A stretch of 64,000 nt of DNA, from positions 48,020 to 112,019 of IMG/VR virus record IMGVR_UViG_3300032334_001937; one strand, given 5' to 3'. Each line of letters opens with the position of its first letter. The first letter of the stretch is position 1. A model generated the notes under the pieces. It was not told where the DNA came from and did not search any database. It saw only the letters and a list, made by a program, of their open reading frames with translations. The position numbers were made by a program, and so were the translations under genes. Below are positions 30,941 to 40,009 of the stretch, one piece after another. Origin of the DNA: a virus.

Positions 30941-31396
30941 CTATAATTCCCTTTCTATTTCTAGTTGTTTTAAAAATCTTTCTGGATTAAATCTCCAGTT
31001 ATCTTTTGCAAAAGAAGTTACAATCTTGATACAAACATCTTCATAGTCTTCTTTTTTTAGCTTATTTTTAAGCCCATAAAGTGCATCAACTGTGTCTATA
31101 TAGTTTTGCCTAACAAAAGATGGATCTCCCGCATGATTTCTTTTTAGCACTTTTGTTGTAACTTTTCCAGAAGGTTCGTACAAAGAAACAGTTAAAAACT
31201 CTTTTGCAAAACCAGCATCCTGATACATTTCATATCCTTCTAAAGCTTGGCTTAAGCTATCAAAAGATATAATAGATCTTACTGGCTTTTCACCATCTCT
31301 GGCAACAGTTATAATGTAATGACTTATTTTACCTAGCTTACAGTTTTCCACATATTCATTGACTATATCTGTGTGTATTGAGTTTAATTCACTCAT
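30941..31396 (-). CDS. Hypothetical protein; fusion of two domains encoded separately at 51297..51512 and 50643..50819
   Basis: Manual alignment (see findings). Confidence 0.7.
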   Translation of the reverse strand: MSELNSIHTDIVNEYVENCKLGKISHYIITVARDGEKPVRSIISFDSLSQALEGYEMYQDAGFAKEFLTVSLYEPSGKVTTKVLKRNHAGDPSFVRQNYIDTVDALYGLKNKLKKEDYEDVCIKIVTSFAKDNWRFNPERFLKQLEIEREL

Positions 31397-32109
31397 TATC
31401 TACCGTGGCCTGTTTGATCATCTACAAAAAGCTTTAAGGTTTTTACTTCATGAGAACCAAGAGATTCTTGTTTTTCATTAACAGCATTTCTGTACCAATC
31501 TGTCCACTGACCACCAGAATTTACAACTTGTGCTGCTTCACCATAAGCTTTATTTGCTTCTACTCTTTTTCTATCTTCGTCCTTATAGTCAAAGATATTA
31601 ATTACTGTATTGTTTAGGTTAGTCAGTGATATAGGAATCAACGTTGCAATTGGAGTTCCTGCCTTAATAACAACTTTTTTATTTGCTACTTTTGCCTTAA
31701 TTGCTAAGGGTAGTGGGTTATCATAAAAAGATGTACTTATTAAAGAAGACATAGTTTCAAACTCATCACTAAAATAATTTACTGGATTAATAGAAAAAAT
31801 GCTAACGTCTTGATCTGTTTTAAATATTAATCCAGTACTTAAACTTACAGAGGATTGCCCTCTTCCAGAGTATGCTGTTTTTGGATTAAATATTTCTACA
31901 CGATCAGGCGTTTGATCATTAACTCCATCCCAAATAAACTCAATGTCTTCTTTGCAGGACAGACTATATCCAATAACATTTGCCTGTGTTACAGGGAAAC
32001 ATCTATATGCGTGATTTTCAGAAGTTTCATCCATCCAGTCTCTTTTAATTGACATTGAAGATATCTCAAAAATACAGTCTGGAGTTTTTTCAACTGAAAT
32101 ATTAAACAT
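31396..32109 (-). CDS. DUF6065-like protein
   Basis: KRDWMD..HAYRCFPVTQAN motif and IKAGTPIATLIP, a family often found near phage oxygenase clusters. Confidence 0.65.
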   Translation of the reverse strand: MFNISVEKTPDCIFEISSMSIKRDWMDETSENHAYRCFPVTQANVIGYSLSCKEDIEFIWDGVNDQTPDRVEIFNPKTAYSGRGQSSVSLSTGLIFKTDQDVSIFSINPVNYFSDEFETMSSLISTSFYDNPLPLAIKAKVANKKVVIKAGTPIATLIPISLTNLNNTVINIFDYKDEDRKRVEANKAYGEAAQVVNSGGQWTDWYRNAVNEKQESLGSHEVKTLKLFVDDQTGHGR

Positions 32110-32760
32110 TTAGTCTTCTACATACATTTCTGCAGTATGGAACTTTTTGTTGTAGTCAAGCATGGTTACAATAGAATATTTTGTTCCAGAGTGAACTGGC
32201 ATTGCCTGGTGTGGATACATAAAGTTTGAAGGGAAGATAAATAGATCTCCTGCTTCTGGCTTTATCTTTAAGTCTTGAAGTCTAAAGTATAGCTCTCCGC
32301 CTTCGTAGTCATCGTTTGGATAAGCAACTAATGATACTGTGCAGTTATAAGAGAACCCATGATCATGGTGCTCCTTAAAGTGCTGACCTGGACCATACTT
32401 AATAAAGTTAAATGCTTCCCAGTACTTTAGCTCTCCCAGATTATAGTCTTTGCAGTAATCCTGTACTGCTGGAGCTTGAACATCATAAACATCTTGCCAT
32501 AGTGACTGTAGAGCAAGTGACTGTGGGCGTGTATCATGTTCAAGATTTTCCTTCTTAAACTTAAAATCAACACAGTCTCTATATTCTGGCATTAGCTGAC
32601 GGTATCCAACATATGCTGGCAACCAGCTATACTTTGTTTCATCTCCAACTTGGCCTAAGTTAGACTCAAGTCTATTAACAACATCAATTTCTTTCTTAAT
32701 TACATTCTTATAGCAATGAATTCCATTACCAAGATTAACTTTGTCAGTCCAAGTGCTCAT
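32110..32760 (-). CDS. 2OG-Fe(II) oxygenase, prolyl 4-hydroxylase-like
   Basis: HHD...YPNDDYEGGE...FPSNFMYPH...KY. Confidence 0.88.
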   Translation of the reverse strand: MSTWTDKVNLGNGIHCYKNVIKKEIDVVNRLESNLGQVGDETKYSWLPAYVGYRQLMPEYRDCVDFKFKKENLEHDTRPQSLALQSLWQDVYDVQAPAVQDYCKDYNLGELKYWEAFNFIKYGPGQHFKEHHDHGFSYNCTVSLVAYPNDDYEGGELYFRLQDLKIKPEAGDLFIFPSNFMYPHQAMPVHSGTKYSIVTMLDYNKKFHTAEMYVED

Positions 32761-32769
32761 TTTTTCTCC

Positions 32770-33537
32770 TTATTTATATTCTCTTCTTGTCCAAATTTGA
32801 TTCTTGTAAACACCACCATCGGGTTTACGATAAAAAGTTGCATTCTCTACCATTTTATCATACATATCTTTTTGATTTAGAATTTCAACTTCATTTTCCC
32901 AGTTTTCTCTCTTAAACGGTAAGATCTGTACGTATGGAGTTCCAGCTGGGATGGTTCCTTCCCAATCTTGTGCGATAAAGAATGGAAGACTTCCAATTAA
33001 TTCAACCTTATCAGAATCAACAACCCCAGTTGTATTCATGAAAGGAAGATCAAACCTATTCATTGGAGTCATAAATAGTGAACTATATCCTTCTGGTAGT
33101 CCTAGTGACCATTCTGACTGCCAAGCAAAATGTTCTTTATAGAATCCTTTTGGATGCTCAAACTGTGGCATAGGCGGTCTCTTAGTACAAAAATCTTTAT
33201 GCTTTTCATCAACTACCTTAACATCAATTTTTCCATTACTATCTTTAAAAAATTGAATATCACATGGAGTTAGTAAAACATAACCAGTTGAAAATCCATC
33301 CATAATAGCAGGACATGCTTTCCAGGTAGGAACCTTGCCATAATCATTTGTTGTTCCTTCTTTTGGAAAAGGACAAACCTGATTATTTGCTGGAAAGTAT
33401 TCCCCTGTGTAAGGATTCTTTGCAAATCTATCTGCATCTTTATACCAATCTGGAATTACCTTTTGTGTAGGCAATGGTACAGAAATACTATCTTTTTTTA
33501 ACCAAGGACGAAAAGCTTTAAATATTACTTTGTTCAT
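32770..33537 (-). CDS. DUF6065-related protein
   Basis: PDWYK, KACPAIMD, GVVDSD, IPAGTPYVQILPFKRE motifs. Confidence 0.55.
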   Translation of the reverse strand: MNKVIFKAFRPWLKKDSISVPLPTQKVIPDWYKDADRFAKNPYTGEYFPANNQVCPFPKEGTTNDYGKVPTWKACPAIMDGFSTGYVLLTPCDIQFFKDSNGKIDVKVVDEKHKDFCTKRPPMPQFEHPKGFYKEHFAWQSEWSLGLPEGYSSLFMTPMNRFDLPFMNTTGVVDSDKVELIGSLPFFIAQDWEGTIPAGTPYVQILPFKRENWENEVEILNQKDMYDKMVENATFYRKPDGGVYKNQIWTRREYK

Positions 33538-34247
33538 TTATGACTTAACTCATTAATATCTGTCATAATAACAACACAATATTTTGTGCCAGATTCCATT
33601 GGAAGGGATGCATGCTCATAGATATAGTTTGAAGGGAATACTGCAATATCTCCAACCTTTGGCTTGTATACTAAATTATCAAGTCTTGGAAACTTTAAGT
33701 CTCCTCCAACATAGTCATCATTAATGTAGATAACAGCAGACACTGTGCAGTTATATGCTGGACCGTGATCTGCGTGAATATTGAAGTGTGTACCTTCACC
33801 CTCATATTTTACAAAATTAAATGCTTCATAGTAAACAACATTAATGCCCCAATAACGTGCATAGTCATCTATACAAACCTTTAGCTTTTGATAAATCTCT
33901 TCATGTAGGTCAACAAGCTCTGCATTTGATTCATCCTTTGGTCCAAGGTCAGATTGCTTGTATTTAAAATCAACACAATCTCTAGCCTTTTTAATTGGAG
34001 TGGTAGAGTTGGTTACTTGAGCTTCATTCCATTTATACTTTTTGCCTCCTGAAAGATTTGACTCAAGCACATTGATATAACGCTTTGAGTCTTCTTCAGA
34101 AAAAACATTATGGTAAACATTTAGGCCTAATCCTGGATTACTAACAGATATCCCTTTATCAGGCAAGGCTCTTGCTACTCTGCTAGAAGCAGTCTCTGAT
34201 CTATCCTTAGTAAACCATGGATTTTCGTTTTCATTATATATATCCAT
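33534..34247 (-). CDS. 2OG-Fe(II) oxygenase, prolyl 4-hydroxylase-like
   Basis: HAD...YINDDYVGG...FPSNYIYEH...KY; close paralogue of 32110..32760. Confidence 0.88.
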   Translation of the reverse strand: MDIYNENENPWFTKDRSETASSRVARALPDKGISVSNPGLGLNVYHNVFSEEDSKRYINVLESNLSGGKKYKWNEAQVTNSTTPIKKARDCVDFKYKQSDLGPKDESNAELVDLHEEIYQKLKVCIDDYARYWGINVVYYEAFNFVKYEGEGTHFNIHADHGPAYNCTVSAVIYINDDYVGGDLKFPRLDNLVYKPKVGDIAVFPSNYIYEHASLPMESGTKYCVVIMTDINELSHK

Positions 34248-34316
34248 TTATCCCCCGTGTAATTTAGCTATATGTAAAAGTATATCATATAAGAGGAAAT
34301 ACTGTATAATCTTTAT

Positions 34317-35234
34317 ATGAAGACTATATATGTTTCAATAGCAGCATACAATGAGCCACACCTTGACCTTATGCTATCAAATTGTTTAGAAAATGCAGAA
34401 TACCCAGAGCGTGTACATTTTGGAATTTGGTGTCACTATAATGATAATACCAGGCCTAATTTTGATAAATATAAAAATGTAATGCATGCATTTACAGATT
34501 ACCCCGCAATGCTTGGACTTTGTATTGGCAGGTTAAACTCTTTGTCTTTTTATAATGGAGAAGACTATTGCCTTCAACTTGATGCTCATATGCTTTTTGA
34601 AAAAAATTGGGATACAAAAATAATTAATGCTTTTGAAGAAATAAAAAGGGAACATGAAAAACCAATCATATCAACCTATGTTCCTTGGTGGTCAATATCA
34701 AATAATATAATTAATTATTACAGTAATGATGCAAATGTGTATTGCTCTCCAATGATTATAAATAAAGCTATTGGAAATGGCGAAGGATACCCAAAACTTA
34801 CAACAGAACATTTTCCCTGGGATAAAGAGGTTTATAAAGAACATGCACTAGTCACTGGTCATTTTATATTTTCTGAACCATCTGTACTTGAAGATGTATC
34901 TCCAGATCCACAAGTAATGTTTGGTGGAGATGAAATAACATTAGCATTAAGACTTTGGACAAGAGGCTATAGAATTTTTACCATCAAAAATCCAATAGTT
35001 TGGCATTTAAATAAATTTGATGGTGATCTATACTCAAAAGATCGTTTAATGAGAGCAGAAACCCCAGGAAGAGAAACAGAGCTTCATGGCAAAAGAAGTT
35101 ATACCAGTATGCAAAGAGTAAAAAATATTTTAACTGGTAAAATACTTGGTTATTGGGGAGCTCCAACAATAGAAAAATTAAAAGAATTTGAAAAAGTAAT
35201 TGATCTTGATTTTAATAAGTTTTATGAAGGTTAA
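34317..35234 (+). CDS. GT60/Gnt1-like polypeptide alpha-GlcNAc transferase (Pfam GlcNAc-type)
   Basis: TIYVSIAAY, AEYPERVHFGI, YNGEDYCLQLDAHMLF, FGGDEITLALRLWTRGY match the motif pattern of Skp1-hydroxyproline GlcNAc transferases; leaderless promoter TATAAT-N6-ATG. Confidence 0.8.
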   Translation: MKTIYVSIAAYNEPHLDLMLSNCLENAEYPERVHFGIWCHYNDNTRPNFDKYKNVMHAFTDYPAMLGLCIGRLNSLSFYNGEDYCLQLDAHMLFEKNWDTKIINAFEEIKREHEKPIISTYVPWWSISNNIINYYSNDANVYCSPMIINKAIGNGEGYPKLTTEHFPWDKEVYKEHALVTGHFIFSEPSVLEDVSPDPQVMFGGDEITLALRLWTRGYRIFTIKNPIVWHLNKFDGDLYSKDRLMRAETPGRETELHGKRSYTSMQRVKNILTGKILGYWGAPTIEKLKEFEKVIDLDFNKFYEG

Positions 35235-35800
35235 AGAGCATATTCTTTAGAAGATATCCACATTGGGATAGCATATCTTGTTTTATTAATTTTATCTATC
35301 TCATGAGCAAAAATTTTTCCTTCAGATGGAAAAAATACAAAATCTCCTACTTTTGGATTATACTCAAAATCAGCAAACGGAAACCTCAATATACCTGTAT
35401 CCTCTAATGAGTTCAGATATATGATTCCACTGTACATAAACTGTGGATTAATGCCTTTATCTACGTCTTCGTGTAATCGTAATACTGATCCTGGACAATG
35501 CTTAGAGAACCATAGGTTTGATACTGCTATATCTGTTTTATTATAAAATTTACCTATTTGATTAATTACCCTTGGAAAAATTTTATCTTTAAAATAGTGA
35601 TTAAGATGATTATGCTTGCTAAAGTCTTCAAAAGAGTTTTGAAACAAAAAATCTTTTCCATACTTTAAAGCATATCTTTTATTGTTTTGGGTTGATTCAA
35701 AAACTTCTAAATTATTTTCAATAAAGTCTATAATGCGAGAAGCCTCATCTTCCGTTATAAAGTTATTTATAACTTGGATGAGGCCCCCCGACTGACTCAT
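35231..35800 (-). CDS. 2OG-Fe(II) oxygenase, prolyl hydroxylase-like
   Basis: HED...IYLN...HEI...RY; starts 8 nt after the Pro-rich FN3 gene ends. Confidence 0.82.
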   Translation of the reverse strand: MSQSGGLIQVINNFITEDEASRIIDFIENNLEVFESTQNNKRYALKYGKDFLFQNSFEDFSKHNHLNHYFKDKIFPRVINQIGKFYNKTDIAVSNLWFSKHCPGSVLRLHEDVDKGINPQFMYSGIIYLNSLEDTGILRFPFADFEYNPKVGDFVFFPSEGKIFAHEIDKINKTRYAIPMWISSKEYAL

Positions 35801-35808
35801 GCTACTTC

Positions 35809-36657
35809 TTAGAATCTTGTATCACGGAAGTACGGTGGTACGAAGTAAGGGAAGTACGGACCGAAGCTTGGTGGGAAGAACGGGAAGAACGGTGGGAAGA
35901 ACGGGAAGTACGGGAAGTACGGTGGGAAGAATGGGAAGTACGGTGGGAAGAACGGGAAGTACGGGAAGTACGGTGGGAAGAATGGGAAGAATGGAGGGAA
36001 GAATGGGAAAAATGGTGGGAAGAATGGAAAGAACGGTGCAATAGTAGTAACACTAGATGTAGTAGTTGATGCTGAAGTTCCTAGAGCATTGATAGCAACA
36101 ATTGTATATGTTTGAGCAGCTGGTGATGCAGCAGAAGGTGTATTATCAGCAGCATCATAGGAAGTTGCTGAACCAGAAATTCCAGTAAAGTTTCCTCCAT
36201 CAGATGAAGTAATTGTATATGATGTAATAGCACTACCACCAGTTGCAGGAGCAGTCCAGCTAATCCGATTAAGGTTTGCAGAAACTGTAGTTGCGCTCAC
36301 TGACTGTGGTGTTTGTGGTACTGTGGTAATAGCAATTGCAGAAGAAGGATCAGAAGCTTGTGATGTTCCAGCTGCGTTTGTTGCTGTTACTGTAAAAGTT
36401 ACAGATGCATTAGCAGTAATACCAGACACAGTAACTGGAGAAGAAGCTCCAGTTCCAGTTTGACCTGTGCTTGCTGTTACTGTAAAGGATGTTGCAGCAG
36501 GGGATAGCACAGGTAAAGAGAAGGAAACAGTTGCTTGACCATCACCATAAGCACGACCTGTTCCTGTATTAGTTGCAGATACGCCTGTAGGCTTTAGTGG
36601 CTCCAAGAAATCGTTTGATGCCTGGGAGTGTCTTCCTGCTTTTTTACCTGATGCCAT
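35809..36657 (-). CDS. Fibronectin type III domain protein with a C-terminal Pro/Phe/Tyr repeat
   Basis: FN3 signatures (FTVTATNAAGTS, ISWTAPATGGSAITSYTI), then PFFPFFPPFFPFFPP...PPYF. Confidence 0.88.
   Translation of the reverse strand: MASGKKAGRHSQASNDFLEPLKPTGVSATNTGTGRAYGDGQATVSFSLPVLSPAATSFTVTASTGQTGTGASSPVTVSGITANASVTFTVTATNAAGTSQASDPSSAIAITTVPQTPQSVSATTVSANLNRISWTAPATGGSAITSYTITSSDGGNFTGISGSATSYDAADNTPSAASPAAQTYTIVAINALGTSASTTTSSVTTIAPFFPFFPPFFPFFPPFFPFFPPYFPYFPFFPPYFPFFPPYFPYFPFFPPFFPFFPPSFGPYFPYFVPPYFRDTRF
35826..36035 (-). repeat. Imperfect tandem repeat encoding (P)PFF/PYF units
   Basis: Plus strand shows repeated gggaagaac / gggaagtac / ggt units. Confidence 0.9.
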
Positions 36658-36679
36658 TTTATATCCCCTTAATAGTTTC

Positions 36680-39493
36680 TTATGCTGTCAAGTCGCCGTA
36701 AACAACCCATGTATTTGTAGCTCTCTTGAAAAGAGTTGCAGATGACCATTGAGTTCTTAGCTTTAGACCTGGTGTTGCGTTTACTGTAACTCCAGTATCT
36801 CCTGCGATTGTTACCTGACCTGTTGAAGTCTGAAGGATATCAATTGATGTTCCGACTGGATAAGCAACTGCTGAGTTTGTTGGAATTGTGATAGTTGTTC
36901 CTGATGAAGATGCTACTTCAACAAGGCTATCTCTTTCTGTAAGTGATGAAAGTGTGTATGATGCTGTCTTCTGTACGATTGGTGTCCGTGAAGGAACGCC
37001 TTCCTTTGTCTGTGTACCGTCTGTAAATGCCACTCCAGATGCTGCAACTGTTACAAGACCTGTAAATGTTGGAGCATTGATTGGTGACTTAGCAGCAAGG
37101 TCAGATGTTAAACCTGAAATCTTTGACTGTGCAATTGCTGCTGATGCGTTTACATCTGCATCTACGATTGCTCCATCAGCGATCATTGCTGAAGTAACTC
37201 CACCAGTTGCAATATCAAGTGTTCCTGGTGTAGATTCTGTTAGACCAGAACCTGCTGTTACAGCCTTAGCAGCGTTGTATGCTACGTAGGTAATATTGCT
37301 TGAACCAATTGTGATTGCTGATGTGTTAGAACATACGTAACCGTATCCTGCACCAGCTGTACCTTCAAGTACGAGACAGAAGTCTCCGCCTGCAAGCTCA
37401 CCTGATGGAGTATTATCTGCATCAGCTGCACGAGACCATGTTGAAGCATTTACAACGTAGATACCGTTTGTCTTCTGGTCTGTCTGGTCCTTAACAAGAA
37501 CACGGTCACCAGCAATTACTGATACTCCGTCAATTGTCTGTGTTCCGCTTAGTGTAATATTTGCTGTTGTAGCAACACGAACTGGCTGGTGGAAGTTAAT
37601 TCCAGAAACTACGTTATCAACGTATGCCTTTGTTGCTGCATGTAGGTCTGCTGATGGAGCACCTGCAAGAGTAAGATCTCCTGTCATTGTTCCGCCAGAC
37701 TTTGACAACTTAGCATCAAGCTGTGTTTGAATTGCTGATGTTACACCGTCAACATAGCCAATTTCAGTAGCTGAAACATTTCCAATTGAAGTAGTACTTG
37801 GAAGAACTACAGTTCCTGTAAATGTTGGGTCTGCCTTTGGAGCCTTAAGATCAAGTGCTGTCTGTGTAGCAGTTGAAACTGGCTTATTTGTATCTGATGT
37901 GTTGTCAGCATTTCCAAGACCAACATCTGACTTTGTAATACCAGTTGGTGTATTAATAACTGGTGATGTTAAAGTCTTGTTTGTAAGAGTTTCTGTCTTA
38001 GTTGCAGTTGACTTAGCATCAAGCTGTGTCTGGATTGCAGAAGTAACACCATCAAGGTATCCAATTTCTGTGTCAGAAACACCTGAAACTACTGCTTGCT
38101 TTCCATTAAGCTGTGTTTGGATAGAAGATGTAACTCCATCAACATATCCAAGCTCTGTTGCAGATACTGTTGAAGATACTGCTAGCTTTGTCCAGTCAAT
38201 CGCAGCTGATGCATTAATGTCAGCGTTTACGATTGTGTCATTAGCAATCATTGTGCTTGTGACTGTACCTGTATCTGTTGTTGCAACAAGGTTAGCTGTA
38301 TTTGAAATTCCGTGAACAGCAGTTGTATCTGAGTTATGTGTGCCAATTGCATCATCAGCATAAGTCTTTGTTGCTACTGTTGAGTCAATATCAATTGTAA
38401 GTGTGTTTGATGCGTCATCGTAGTTATGCTGTAGTCCAGTACCTGAATTTAATGCACCAGCAATTGAGTCAACTGCAAGTTCACCAACATACTCTGAGTC
38501 AATGGCAAAACGATCATTGTCTGCATCCCAAGAAAGTCCTGTACCAACAAGGCCAGGGTAATCATTTGATACTCCACTAACAGCACTTGATACATAATCT
38601 TGTGTTGCAAGTGTTCCGCTTGCATCTGGAAGTGTAACTGTTCTATCTGCAGTTGGATCTATTACTGAAAGTGTAGTTTCAAAACCATCTGCTGTTGCAC
38701 CTTCAAAAATTACCTGGTTATTTACGTTAATAGCTGTGCTGTTTACTGTAGTTGTAGTACCGTTTACAGTTAGGTTACCAGAAAGTGTTAAATCTGCTGC
38801 ATTAACAGTACCTGTAAATGTTGGGTTTGCCTTTGGTGCTTTAAGATCAAGAGCTGTTTGTGCAGCTGATGAAACTGGCTTATTTGCGTCAGATGTATTA
38901 TCTACGTTGCCAAGACCTACTGAAGACTTTGTAAGTGCTGCAACTGCAGTTGATACTGCTCCGTCAGCATAAGTCTTTGTAGCAAGTGCTGAAGTATCAG
39001 CGATTCCATGAATATTAGTTGTATCTGCTTCGTGGTTTGAAAGAGCAGTATTTGAAGCCTTTGCATCAAGAGCAGTTTGTGTTGCTGTTGAGACTGGCTT
39101 ATTAGCATCTGAAGTATTGTCTACATTGCCAAGTCCAACGTGTGACTTTGTAACACCAGAAACTGTTCCTGTAAATGTTGGGTTAGCCTTTGGAGCCTTA
39201 AGGTCAAGGCTTGTTGAAAGTGTTGTAAAGAATGCTGGATCATCATTGATTGCTGCTGCAAGTTCATTAAGAGTATTTAATGCTCCTGGTGCTCCATCAA
39301 TAAGGTCATTAATTCCTGCAAGTGCACTTTCAGCATCTGTGAAGTAAGTAAGGTCAGCCCAGTGATTTGTGCCATCACCAATCTTAAATTTATTTGTGTC
39401 TGATTCCCAGCCGATTTCTCCTGCGTTGAGAATTGGGTTAGCGCCTGACCACTGTGATGCGGTTCCTCTGCGCTGTTGCATTCTAGTTGCCAT
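36680..39493 (-). CDS. Fibre protein with an Mtd/hyaluronidase-like N-terminal domain and internal repeats
   Basis: QRRGTASQW...GEIGWESDTNKFKIGDG. Three copies of VGLGNxDNTSDxNKPVS, three of KAPKAxPTFTG, three of ExGYxDGVTSxIQTQL. Confidence 0.8.
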   Translation of the reverse strand: MATRMQQRRGTASQWSGANPILNAGEIGWESDTNKFKIGDGTNHWADLTYFTDAESALAGINDLIDGAPGALNTLNELAAAINDDPAFFTTLSTSLDLKAPKANPTFTGTVSGVTKSHVGLGNVDNTSDANKPVSTATQTALDAKASNTALSNHEADTTNIHGIADTSALATKTYADGAVSTAVAALTKSSVGLGNVDNTSDANKPVSSAAQTALDLKAPKANPTFTGTVNAADLTLSGNLTVNGTTTTVNSTAINVNNQVIFEGATADGFETTLSVIDPTADRTVTLPDASGTLATQDYVSSAVSGVSNDYPGLVGTGLSWDADNDRFAIDSEYVGELAVDSIAGALNSGTGLQHNYDDASNTLTIDIDSTVATKTYADDAIGTHNSDTTAVHGISNTANLVATTDTGTVTSTMIANDTIVNADINASAAIDWTKLAVSSTVSATELGYVDGVTSSIQTQLNGKQAVVSGVSDTEIGYLDGVTSAIQTQLDAKSTATKTETLTNKTLTSPVINTPTGITKSDVGLGNADNTSDTNKPVSTATQTALDLKAPKADPTFTGTVVLPSTTSIGNVSATEIGYVDGVTSAIQTQLDAKLSKSGGTMTGDLTLAGAPSADLHAATKAYVDNVVSGINFHQPVRVATTANITLSGTQTIDGVSVIAGDRVLVKDQTDQKTNGIYVVNASTWSRAADADNTPSGELAGGDFCLVLEGTAGAGYGYVCSNTSAITIGSSNITYVAYNAAKAVTAGSGLTESTPGTLDIATGGVTSAMIADGAIVDADVNASAAIAQSKISGLTSDLAAKSPINAPTFTGLVTVAASGVAFTDGTQTKEGVPSRTPIVQKTASYTLSSLTERDSLVEVASSSGTTITIPTNSAVAYPVGTSIDILQTSTGQVTIAGDTGVTVNATPGLKLRTQWSSATLFKRATNTWVVYGDLTA

Positions 39494-39533
39494 TTACTAC
39501 TCCTTTGGTGTTGTGTATATTATATCAGATAAT

Positions 39534-39992
39534 TTAGTTAAAATTATCCAATGAAATTCCGCCGTCCCATGTTTGGGACCAGACATTTGTATTATAAACG
39601 CCTGCTTCTACAAGCGCTCCTGCTTCGTTATACGTTCCACCCTGTACAAAAATACTTACTATCAAACCAGATCCATCAATTGAAGTATCGTGAATATGGT
39701 CTTGTAGTGTTTGTGAATCTTGAAGTGTTGCTACTGCTACCCAAGCTGAATTTAAATACATATGCAATCTATTTGTGATTGTATCTATGTACAAAGCGCC
39801 TTCATCAGGTGTAGCAGGTGCTTCAGCTAAAACAGGAACGGTTACTGAACCTGTTAAAGCATCTACGTAGTCTTTTGTTGTTGCATGATCTCCAAGGGTA
39901 GGAGTGGCAACAGTAACTGTTCCTCCAAATGTACCGCCGTTTGCAACGACCAGCCCATTCTTTACTTTAAAGTCTTTGTCTACTGTTGCCAT
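39534..39992 (-). CDS. Virion fibre/accessory protein
   Basis: N-terminus MATVDKDFKVKNGL is shared with the neighbouring gene; HATTKDYVD motif. Confidence 0.65.
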   Translation of the reverse strand: MATVDKDFKVKNGLVVANGGTFGGTVTVATPTLGDHATTKDYVDALTGSVTVPVLAEAPATPDEGALYIDTITNRLHMYLNSAWVAVATLQDSQTLQDHIHDTSIDGSGLIVSIFVQGGTYNEAGALVEAGVYNTNVWSQTWDGGISLDNFN

Positions 39993-40009
39993 CTCTTACT
40001 CCTCGTTAA

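Noticed and set aside
35826-36035. Possible CRISPR array or DGR template in the tandem repeat
   Set aside because: No unique spacers, no cas or reverse transcriptase gene; the repeat is in-frame coding.
35799-36053. His/Ser-rich (minus) and Gly/Arg-rich (plus) ORFs over the repeat
   Set aside because: Alternative frames of the Pro/Phe repeat. Only the FN3 frame has an RBS and a domain context.
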